A stretch of DNA of 10,932 nt from a virus. The stretch lies in UHGV virus genome UHGV-1694526; one strand, 5' to 3'. Each line of letters opens with the position of its first letter. Position 1 is the stretch's first letter. Below, piece by piece: positions 1 to 6,567 of the stretch. Position numbers and translations under genes: made by a program. The notes below the pieces were generated by a model. The model worked only from the letters and a program-made list of their open reading frames with translations, was not told the DNA's origin and made no database searches.

Positions 1-1128
1 CTGTTAAGCGAGTCTATTTCAACCCTTCCGCTGAAAATATACGTTCGACAGCCTGACGGTTCGCGTAAAGCGGCAACCGACCACCCGGCTTATTCTGTAC
101 TGTGTCGCCGTCCCAATTCAGAAATGACTCCATCACGCTTTATGCTGATGGTGGTTGCCAGTATTTGCCTGCGCGGGAACGCCTTCATTGAGAAGAAATT
201 CATCGCAAATCGCCTGGTTTCGCTGGTGCCTTTGCTGCCGCAGAACATGGTGGTTAAACGTCTTACTACCGGGGCGCTGGAATACAAATACACTGAAAAC
301 AGTAACGAGCGCGTCATTCCCGTCAAAAACATCATGCACATTCGCGGGTTCGGCCTGGATGGCGTTTGCGGCATGATGCCGATGAAGACTGGCCGGGATG
401 TGATCGGTGCCGCGATGGCTGTTGAAGAATCTGCGGCAAAGATTTTTGAACAGGGGCTTCAGAGTTCAGGTTTTCTCTCCGCTGAAAATGCTCTCAGTGA
501 TGAACAACGTGAAAGGCTTCGCGGCTACATGGCTGCATTTACCGGCTCTAAAAATGCCGGAAAGATTATGGTACTTGAAGGCGGGTTAAAGTATCAGGGC
601 GTCACCATGAACCCTGAAGATGCCCAGATGCTGGAAAGCCGTTCTTTCAGTATTGAGGAAATTTGTCGCTGGTTTCGCGTGCCTCCTTTCATGGTCGGTC
701 ATACCACGAAACAAAGCAGCTGGGCATCCAGTCTTGAGGGGATGAACCTGCAGTTCCTGACGCATACCCTTCGACCGCTGCTGGTAAATATTGAGCAGGA
801 AATTGACCGGTGCTTACTCGACAGCGATGATGACGTGTTTGCAGAGTTCTCCGTTGAAGGTCTACTGCGAGCCGATAGTGCCGGTCGCGCGGCATACTAT
901 ACCAGCGCGCTTCAAAATGGCTGGATGTCCCGTAATGACGTTCGTCGTCTTGAGAACATGCCGCCAATTGAAGGGGGCGATATTTACACCGTTCAGCTCA
1001 ACCTGACGCAACTGAAAAATCTCGAAAGCAGCAATCCTGCTGTTCAGGCTCTGGCCCTGAGAGAACTGCATAACCACGTATTCCCCGATATTTCCTTTGA
1101 ACAATCTCCGCTGAAACAGGCCGCTTAG
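1..1128 (+). CDS. Phage portal protein (HK97-like family), 5'-partial; the frame is open from window position 1 and the ATG at 124 is internal
   Basis: Seen: frame-1 reading frame has no stop from nt 1 to TAA 1126-1128 (>375 codons). Synteny: directly upstream of a ClpP-like prohead protease and a capsid gene, the canonical portal-protease-capsid order. Family call is by recollection of portal C-terminal regions, not a search. Confidence 0.8.
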   Translation: MLSESISTLPLKIYVRQPDGSRKAATDHPAYSVLCRRPNSEMTPSRFMLMVVASICLRGNAFIEKKFIANRLVSLVPLLPQNMVVKRLTTGALEYKYTENSNERVIPVKNIMHIRGFGLDGVCGMMPMKTGRDVIGAAMAVEESAAKIFEQGLQSSGFLSAENALSDEQRERLRGYMAAFTGSKNAGKIMVLEGGLKYQGVTMNPEDAQMLESRSFSIEEICRWFRVPPFMVGHTTKQSSWASSLEGMNLQFLTHTLRPLLVNIEQEIDRCLLDSDDDVFAEFSVEGLLRADSAGRAAYYTSALQNGWMSRNDVRRLENMPPIEGGDIYTVQLNLTQLKNLESSNPAVQALALRELHNHVFPDISFEQSPLKQAA

Positions 1129-1141
1129 GAGCACTTTCCTG

Positions 1142-1996
1142 ATGAGCAAAAAAAAACTTCCGGTAGCACCGGCGGGTCGCCCATGCGCGCGCGTTACCTG
1201 TGAAACATTACCGTCCGCACTGGACCGCTGGGACGGCGGGATCAAAGCGGCGGCCACCGACGATAACAGTATTTCTGTTTTTGATGTTATCGGGCAGGAC
1301 TACTGGGGCGAAGGGGTAACAGCTAAACGTATTGCTGGTGCGCTTCGGGCTATGAACGGCGCCGACGTCACGGTGAATATCAACTCACCTGGCGGCGACA
1401 TGTTCGAAGGTCTGGCTATTTATAACCTGCTCCGCGAATACGAAGGCCGTGTCACGGTGAAGGTGCTGGGCATTGCCGCCAGCGCCGCCTCGATAATTGC
1501 GATGGCCGGGGATGATATTCAGATTGGCCGCGGTGCCTTCCTGATGATCCACAACTGCTGGGTATATGCGATGGGAAACCGCCATGATTTTGCAGAACTG
1601 GCACAGTCACTGGAACCCTTCGATACCGCTATGGCTGACATCTACGCGGCGCGCTCCGGCCTTGATATGGTAGCCGTTCAGAAACTGATGGACGCCGAGA
1701 GTTATATCGGTGGCAGTGACGCTGTGGCGAAGGGACTGGCAGACAGCCTGCTTTCTGCTGATGCAGTCAGTGATGGCGATGAATCACCTGCGGCCGCGAT
1801 TCGCAAACTTGATGCGCTGCTGGCTAAAACCAACACCCCGCGCTCTGAGCGCAGAAAACTCATTAAAGCCTTATCCGGGAGCAAGCCAGGCGCTGCTTCT
1901 GACCAAAAAGGCACGCCGAGCGCTGCCACCATCGAAAACGAAACCATTGACCGACTGGAAGCCGCACTCAGCGGCCTGAAAGCGGCTGCCCAGTAA
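1142..1996 (+). CDS. Prohead (head maturation) serine protease, ClpP/S14-like, with an Ala/Lys/Ser-rich C-terminal extension
   Basis: Seen: 284-aa ORF with ClpP-like motifs NSPGGD, GIAASAAS (Ser nucleophile context) and MIHN (His). Synteny: sits between portal and capsid genes. SD AGGAG lies upstream of ATG 1142. Confidence 0.8.
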   Translation: MSKKKLPVAPAGRPCARVTCETLPSALDRWDGGIKAAATDDNSISVFDVIGQDYWGEGVTAKRIAGALRAMNGADVTVNINSPGGDMFEGLAIYNLLREYEGRVTVKVLGIAASAASIIAMAGDDIQIGRGAFLMIHNCWVYAMGNRHDFAELAQSLEPFDTAMADIYAARSGLDMVAVQKLMDAESYIGGSDAVAKGLADSLLSADAVSDGDESPAAAIRKLDALLAKTNTPRSERRKLIKALSGSKPGAASDQKGTPSAATIENETIDRLEAALSGLKAAAQ

Positions 1997-2008
1997 AACG
2001 GAGATATT

Positions 2009-3229
2009 ATGTCTGATGTAAATGAGATCCTGAAAAAAGTCAGCGCCAGCATTGAAGAGGCGACCGGAAAATTCAACGCGAAAGCAGAAGACGCACTCAA
2101 AGAGGCGCAGAAGTCAGGCAGGCTGTCAGAAGAAACAAAAGCTGCCGTTGATAAAATGGCTTCTGAGTTCAATGCGCTGCGTGAAGCTGAAAAAACCCTG
2201 AAGGCCGCAATGGGCGAACTGGAGCAACATGTTGCCCAGATGCCGCTGGCCAACGCTGCAAAGGTGATCGAGACCGTTGGCCAGACCGTCATCAGCAGCG
2301 AAGCACTGAAAGCATTCGCGGCAAGCGTGGAAGGCGGTAAGCGCGTCAGCGTACCGGTGAACGCCGCGCTTATTTCCACGGATGTCGTCACCGGCGTGGT
2401 TGAACCGCAGCGTCTGCCGGGTATCGACACCGCACCGAAACAGCGCCTTTTCATCCGCGATCTGATCGCGCCTGGCCGCACCTCAGCACCGGCCATCTTC
2501 TGGGTGCAGCAAACCGGCTTCACCAATGCGGCGAAAGTTGTGCCGGAAGGCACCGCCAAGCCGTACAGCGATATCCAGTTCGCCACGCAGATCACGCCGG
2601 TCACCACCATCGCGCACATGTTCAAGGCGTCCAAACAGATTCTGGATGACTTCGCGCAGCTGCAGTCCACTATCGACGCCGAGATGCGTTACGGACTGAA
2701 GTATGTGGAAGAACAGGAAATTCTCTTTGGCGACGGTACCGGTGCGCACCTGAAAGGCATCGTTCCGCAGGCCTCGGCATACGATGCTGCGTTCGCCGTA
2801 GAACAACAGAACGGCATCGACGATCTGCGCCTCGCAATGCTGCAGGCTCAGCTGGCACGCTTCCCGGCTTCCGGCCACGTCCTGCACTTCATCGACTGGG
2901 CGAAGATTGAACTCACCAAAGACACGCTGGGCCGCTATATCCTGGCGAACCCAGCGACCCTGACTGGCCCTACCCTTTGGGGCCTGCCGGTGGTAGCAAC
3001 CGAAGCCGCAGCATTCCAGGGCAAGTTCCTGACCGGTGCATTCAACGCTGCGGCACAGCTGTTTGACCGTGAAGACGCCAACGTGGTGATCTCCACTGAG
3101 AACGCCGACGACTTTGAGAAAAACATGATCTCGATTCGCTGCGAAGAGCGTCTGGCCCTGGCGGTGAAACGCCCTGAAGCGTTCATCTACGGCTCCTTCA
3201 CTGCGCCTGCAGCAGGTGGCGGCGCGTAA
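2009..3229 (+). CDS. Major capsid protein, HK97 fold, with an N-terminal coiled-coil delta (scaffolding-like) domain
   Basis: Seen: 406-aa ORF with GGAG SD; the first ~100 aa are K/E/A-rich and helical. Position immediately after the prohead protease and size/composition are typical of HK97-family capsid proteins. No separate scaffold gene is present. Confidence 0.8.
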   Translation: MSDVNEILKKVSASIEEATGKFNAKAEDALKEAQKSGRLSEETKAAVDKMASEFNALREAEKTLKAAMGELEQHVAQMPLANAAKVIETVGQTVISSEALKAFAASVEGGKRVSVPVNAALISTDVVTGVVEPQRLPGIDTAPKQRLFIRDLIAPGRTSAPAIFWVQQTGFTNAAKVVPEGTAKPYSDIQFATQITPVTTIAHMFKASKQILDDFAQLQSTIDAEMRYGLKYVEEQEILFGDGTGAHLKGIVPQASAYDAAFAVEQQNGIDDLRLAMLQAQLARFPASGHVLHFIDWAKIELTKDTLGRYILANPATLTGPTLWGLPVVATEAAAFQGKFLTGAFNAAAQLFDREDANVVISTENADDFEKNMISIRCEERLALAVKRPEAFIYGSFTAPAAGGGA

Positions 3230-3238
3230 TCCTTAACG

Positions 3239-3254
3239 GCGGCCTGCGGGCCGC
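3239..3254 (+). promoter_or_regulatory. GC stem-loop (GCGGCC-TGCG-GGCCGC) followed by TTT, 10 nt downstream of the capsid stop
   Basis: Seen: perfect 6-bp inverted repeat with a 4-nt loop and a short T run. Could be an attenuator or mRNA-stabilising hairpin after the highly expressed capsid gene. Confidence 0.3.
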
Positions 3255-3270
3255 TTTCACAGGTGGGAAA

Positions 3271-3483
3271 ATGAAACTGATCGCACTCAAACCGATTTAT
3301 TTCGGCGGTACCGTCGTTACTGAAGGGCTTCCGCTGGAAACTCTGGAACAGCACGGGCGCGAGCTCATCAAGAAAGGTTATGCGAAGCTCGAAGAATCAG
3401 AAAATCCTGCAAAGCAGGAACAGCAGCAGGAACAGCAGCAGGAACAGCCGGAATTAAAAGCGGAAAAGAAGGCGAAAAAATAA
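3271..3483 (+). CDS. Hypothetical small protein (70 aa) with a QEQQ repeat and Lys-rich C-terminus
   Basis: Seen: ORF with a GGTGGG SD-like sequence upstream; its stop overlaps the next start (TAATG at 3481-3485), consistent with translational coupling into the connector gene. Function unknown. Confidence 0.45.
   Translation: MKLIALKPIYFGGTVVTEGLPLETLEQHGRELIKKGYAKLEESENPAKQEQQQEQQQEQPELKAEKKAKK
3415..3447 (+). repeat. In-frame 12-nt tandem repeat (CAGCAGCAGGAA x2 perfect, with partial flanking copies) encoding QEQQQEQQQEQ
   Basis: Seen directly in the sequence at 3415-3450. Confidence 0.7.
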
Positions 3484-3809
3484 TGGTCGATCTTGATGTG
3501 GTGAAACAGCACTGCCGCATTGATACCGATTTTTCCGGAGACGATGCCCTGCTGACTTTATACACCGGTGCGGCGGAGCGTTACGTCCAGACATGGACAA
3601 GGCGAACGCTCTATGAAAACCAAAGCTCCCCTGGCTACGCAGACGACCAGGACCCGATTCTACTGAATGATGATGTTAAAGCGGCCATGTTATTGCTGAT
3701 AGGTCACTGGTATGCCAACAGAGAATCAGTTGCCGTCGGTCAGACCGTTGCAGAGGTCCCGTTTGCAGTTGAAGCGTTGCTGCAGCCGTATCGAATTTAC
3801 GGGGTGTAA
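3483..3809 (+). CDS. Head-tail connector (gp6-like) protein
   Basis: Seen: 108-aa ORF. N-terminal pattern (VKQHCRIDTDFSGDDALLTLYTGAAERYV) matches the gp6-like head-tail connector family as I recall it; position after the capsid gene fits. Confidence 0.7.
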   Translation: MVDLDVVKQHCRIDTDFSGDDALLTLYTGAAERYVQTWTRRTLYENQSSPGYADDQDPILLNDDVKAAMLLLIGHWYANRESVAVGQTVAEVPFAVEALLQPYRIYGV

Positions 3810-3872
3810 TTATGTCTTGTTCTGGATGCGCGCAACGGCGCGAGTGGATAAAAAAGTGGGCAAAAATAGCTT

Positions 3873-4070
3873 ATGAACGAGCAACTGGTAAACGAACTGA
3901 TAGCAGTGATACGGGAACAAATCACAGCGCAGAGGGAGCAGACGGAAGCGATAAGCCGTCTGGCTGAATCAAATATGGCGCTTTGCGATATCATTATCCA
4001 GTCGCTGGCTGGTGAACTAGATGAAACTGCAGAGCAACAAACCTATCTGAGCGGTAAACCCAGGGGGTAA
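3873..4070 (+). CDS. Hypothetical small helical protein (65 aa)
   Basis: Seen: ORF whose stop is 1 nt before the next ATG (4072), with AGGGGG as SD for the downstream gene. Its own SD is weak or distant. It overlaps a 51-codon ORF (3812-3967) in another frame that has the better SD. Confidence 0.4.
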   Translation: MNEQLVNELIAVIREQITAQREQTEAISRLAESNMALCDIIIQSLAGELDETAEQQTYLSGKPRG

Positions 4071-4071
4071 C

Positions 4072-4404
4072 ATGCAGGCCGGGAAATTGTGCCACAGGAT
4101 TACTCTGCAGGAGCCAGTAAAAGTGCAGAACCCGACAACGGGAGCCGTAATTAATGCCTGGCGAGATGTTGCGACTGTCTGGGCCGAAGTTTCACCATTG
4201 TCAGCACGTGAATTTATTGCTGCGCAGGCTTCTCAGGGTGAAATAACCACCCGTATTGTTATTCGCTACCGTGCCGGAGTTACCAGAAAACATCGCATCT
4301 TGTTTCGTGGTGCTGTGTATAACATCCATGGTGTTCTGCCCGATCCAAAAAGCGGACGTGAATACCTGACGCTTCCCTGTTCTGAGGGTGTTAATGATGG
4401 CTGA
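4072..4404 (+). CDS. Head closure / head-tail joining protein
   Basis: Seen: 110-aa ORF. Motif layout (HRITLQ...W..V..VWAEV.PLS.RE...AQ......ITTRIVIRYR) matches phage head-tail joining proteins as I recall them; synteny supports it. Confidence 0.7.
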   Translation: MQAGKLCHRITLQEPVKVQNPTTGAVINAWRDVATVWAEVSPLSAREFIAAQASQGEITTRIVIRYRAGVTRKHRILFRGAVYNIHGVLPDPKSGREYLTLPCSEGVNDG

Positions 4405-4931
4405 TAGTGTTGAGGTAAGTCTTACCGGGCTTGAATCACTTCTTGGGAAAATGGAGGCCGTATCAGAAGTCACCCGTAATAAAGCCGGTCGGTTTGCATT
4501 GCGTAAGGCGGCAAACATTAGAAGGGATCGGGCCAGACGCGTCACGCGTTGATGATCCTCTGACTAAAGAAGCAATCCACAAAAATATCGTCGCCAGCTT
4601 CAGCAGCAAGCAATTCCGCAGGACAGGTGATCTGGCATTCCGTGTCGGGGTAATGGGCGGTGCCAGGCAGTATGCAAATACAAAGGCAAACGTCAGAAAA
4701 GGCAGAGCGGGTAAAACATACAAAACCTCAGGAGATAAAGGCAATCCAGGAGGAGATACCTGGTACTGGCGTTTTCTTGAGTTTGGTACTGAGCACACAT
4801 CAGCGCGGCCTATCCTCCGACCTGCAATGAACGGCGTAGATAATGACGTGATTAATGTTTTTTCTACGGAAATGGGAAAGGCTATTGATCGCGCTATCAG
4901 GCTGGCCACGAAGAAAGGAACCACTGCATGA
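4394..4931 (+). pseudogene. HK97 gp10-like tail component gene, apparently split by a frameshift (N-terminus in one frame to TGA 4550-4552, C-terminus in another to TGA 4929-4931)
   Basis: Seen: ATG 4394/4397 with a GAGG SD opens a frame reading MADSVEVSLTGLESLLGKMEAVSEVTRNKAGRFALRKAANIRRDRARRVTR*. A second frame, open from 4398, becomes protein-like only from about 4540 (ASRVDDPLTKEAIHK...YWRFLEFGTEHTSARPILRPA...) and has no credible start of its own. The ORF-track start at 4431 is a TTG with a nonsense-looking N-terminus. Confidence 0.5.
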
Positions 4932-5293
4932 TTGCCCCTATTTTTTCTGTTTGCGCGTCGAGTCATGAAGTCACTGACTTACTCGGAAGCAATCCGGTAA
5001 GAATTTATCCTTTCGGAATTCAGGACGACAACGTGGTCTATCCCTATGTGGTCTGGCAGAACATCACCGGTTCTCCAGAGAACTACATTGCCCAGCGCCC
5101 TGACGCAGACTTTTTCACGCTGCAGGTGGATGCATATGCCGACACCGTGGATGAAGTGATTGCCGTGGCTACTGCGCTGCGGGATGCCATTGAGCCGCAC
5201 GCGCATATCACGCGCTGGGGCGGACAGGAAAGAGACCCCGAAACAAAGCGCTATCGCTACTCATTCGATGTTGACTGGATAGTCACTCGATAA
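4928..5293 (+). CDS. Putative tail completion / tail terminator-like protein (DUF3168-like)
   Basis: Seen: 121-aa ORF starting in an ATGA overlap with the upstream stop. The RIYP...VYPYVVW pattern and position just upstream of the major tail gene support the call. Family assignment is from memory. Confidence 0.55.
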   Translation: MIAPIFSVCASSHEVTDLLGSNPVRIYPFGIQDDNVVYPYVVWQNITGSPENYIAQRPDADFFTLQVDAYADTVDEVIAVATALRDAIEPHAHITRWGGQERDPETKRYRYSFDVDWIVTR

Positions 5294-5308
5294 ACGTATT
5301 ATTCAACC

Positions 5309-5331
5309 ACCGGCCTTGAGCCGGTTTTTTT
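5309..5331 (+). terminator. Intrinsic-terminator-like hairpin (ACCGGC-CTTGA-GCCGGT) followed by T7
   Basis: Seen: GC stem 5310-5314 / 5320-5324 with a 5-nt loop, then seven T (5325-5331), in the 54-nt gap between the tail-completion and major-tail genes. Confidence 0.5.
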
Positions 5332-5347
5332 ATGACCGGAGATAACA

Positions 5348-5848
5348 ATGTCTGTATTGACGCAAGGTACGCAGCTCTTTGTGCTCGTAAAAGGCGAGGT
5401 GAGCGAAGTTGAATGTATCACTGCATTTTCACCCGGCAGCAATCCGGCTGACCAGATTGAAGACACCTGTCTTTCTGAACGCTTTGATCGCAGCTATAAG
5501 CGTGGTCTTCGAACGCCTGGCACAGCATCACTGACGCTTAACGCTGATCCTAAAAATACCAGCCACATCATGCTCTACAACCTGTCCATTTCGGACGACG
5601 AAGAGGATCAGGACCTGACCTTCGCGATTGGATGGTCAGACGGAACCGCATCGCCAACTGCGGCTGAAAATGGTGCATCCGGTGCAGTCGATGGCCTGGT
5701 GCTACCTGATAGCCGCACATGGTTCGTATTCAAAGGCTATGTGTCCGACTTCCCGTTTGATTTTGCAGCAAACACGGTTGTTTCTACTTCTGCATCTATC
5801 CAGCGCTCCGGCTCTGCTGTATGGGTGCCAAAAGTCGTGACCCCATAA
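5348..5848 (+). CDS. Major tail (tube) protein
   Basis: Seen: 166-aa ORF with GGAG SD 6 nt upstream. Called mainly by synteny (immediately upstream of the G/GT chaperone pair and tape measure) and by a size typical of siphovirus tube proteins. Confidence 0.6.
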   Translation: MSVLTQGTQLFVLVKGEVSEVECITAFSPGSNPADQIEDTCLSERFDRSYKRGLRTPGTASLTLNADPKNTSHIMLYNLSISDDEEDQDLTFAIGWSDGTASPTAAENGASGAVDGLVLPDSRTWFVFKGYVSDFPFDFAANTVVSTSASIQRSGSAVWVPKVVTP

Positions 5849-5852
5849 AATC

Positions 5853-5868
5853 AGGGCGGCAACGCCCT
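5853..5868 (+). promoter_or_regulatory. Stem-loop AGGGCG-GCAA-CGCCCT just after the major tail gene stop
   Basis: Seen: perfect 6-bp inverted repeat with a GNRA-type loop, followed by an AT-rich stretch and the SD of the next gene. Confidence 0.3.
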
Positions 5869-5886
5869 TATTAATCAGGATTAATA

Positions 5887-6372
5887 ATGAAATTAACACT
5901 TGATGCACTCAAGGAGTCCGGCGCGTTTACCGGTCGCCCGGTTGAGAAAGAAATCACCTGGACGCAAGGCGATAAAAAAATCACCGCGACCGTGTATGTT
6001 CGCCCGATGGGTTATCACACAGCAACGTCCGATGTGCTGGCTTTTGGTGGTAAGGTCGATGGTGTGGCAGGGCGTATCGCCGCATCCATCTGCGATGAAC
6101 ATGGTAAACCCATCTTCACCCCGGCTGACATTACTGGTGAGGCAGATCCTGAACGTGGTGCACTGGATGGCGGCCTGACGGTAGCACTGCTTCTGGCCAT
6201 TCAGGAAGTTAACGATCTGGGAAAGACTTCGAGCTCAGCGCCGAAGACGAATTCTGGTGCGAGCTCGTCCTCAACGGAATCGGAGGCAGAACAATCGCCG
6301 AAGCGCGGGAAGTCCTCTCATTCAAAGAGTCCCAACTCTGGGCAAAGTACCGGGAACGATACGGGAGTCTGA
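5887..6372 (+). CDS. G: Tail assembly chaperone, gpG-like (zero-frame product)
   Basis: Seen: 161-aa ORF directly upstream of the tape measure, containing the heptamer GGGAAAG (6219-6225) with zero-frame codons GGA AAG. The C-terminal zero-frame tail is Ser-rich and low complexity. Confidence 0.8.
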   Translation: MKLTLDALKESGAFTGRPVEKEITWTQGDKKITATVYVRPMGYHTATSDVLAFGGKVDGVAGRIAASICDEHGKPIFTPADITGEADPERGALDGGLTVALLLAIQEVNDLGKTSSSAPKTNSGASSSSTESEAEQSPKRGKSSHSKSPNSGQSTGNDTGV

Positions 6373-6548
6373 ACCCTATGTTGCGGGTTGAGTGGGGTGC
6401 CGGGCTGGTGAGCAGCATGATAGCCAACGTTAACAGAGACCCCAAGCGCCCACCATTCAACCCGACCGATTTCACACTTCACTTTACCAAAGTCAAAGCT
6501 GCTGATGGACCAATCTCATTAGAGGAAGCCAGAGCCAGCTGGACATAA
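5887..6548 (+). CDS. Tail assembly chaperone frameshift fusion, gpGT-like (-1 ribosomal frameshift at 6219-6225; about 220 aa)
   Basis: Seen: the -1 frame is open from the slippery site to TAA 6546-6548 and encodes a protein-like domain (DFELSAEDEFWCELVLNGIGGRTIAEAREV...) with no start codon of its own, ending 20 nt before the tape measure ATG. Established: this G/GT arrangement is conserved in long-tailed phages. Confidence 0.7.
6219..6225 (+). promoter_or_regulatory. -1 programmed ribosomal frameshift slippery heptamer G GGA AAG
   Basis: Seen: exact X XXY YYZ heptamer in the correct phase within the gpG-like ORF; identical to the heptamer known from lambda G/GT. Confidence 0.75.
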
Positions 6549-6567
6549 TGCCGCCAACGGAGAGTTT

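Noticed and set aside
90-376. Small ORFs on both strands (90-374 minus, 133-339 minus, 155-376 plus) near the window start
   Set aside because: All lie inside the portal reading frame, which is open from nt 1; off-frame or antisense shadows.
1702-2670. 322-aa ORF on the minus strand spanning the protease/capsid junction
   Set aside because: Antisense to two confidently called genes; its translation is Ala/Ser/Cys-rich low-complexity sequence typical of a shadow ORF in GC-rich coding DNA, and it has no convincing SD.
3415-3447. Possibility that the CAGCAGCAGGAA repeats are a CRISPR-like or regulatory repeat array
   Set aside because: Only about two and a half 12-nt units, in-frame inside an ORF, with no spacers; this is a coding microsatellite, not a CRISPR array.
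3797-3994. 65-aa minus-strand ORF opposite the ambiguous 3812-4070 small-ORF region
   Set aside because: Cys/Ser-rich composition, no SD and antisense to two plus-strand candidates in an otherwise strictly plus-strand operon. Residual uncertainty remains because the plus-strand annotation here is itself ambiguous.
4431-4540. TTG-initiated N-terminal extension of the ORF-track protein 4431-4931 (MNHFLGKWRPYQKSPVIKP...)
   Set aside because: This stretch is an off-frame read of the true N-terminal coding region (MADSVEV... in the other frame). It is treated as part of a frameshifted gene rather than a real N-terminus.
4463-4966. 167-aa minus-strand ORF opposite the gp10-like gene
   Set aside because: Antisense shadow of the gp10-like coding region; implausible composition and no start context.
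5893-6200. ORFs 5900-6178 (+), 5893-6102 (-) and 6015-6200 (-) overlapping the G-like gene
   Set aside because: Embedded in or antisense to the chaperone gene; Arg/Pro/Ser-rich shadow translations.
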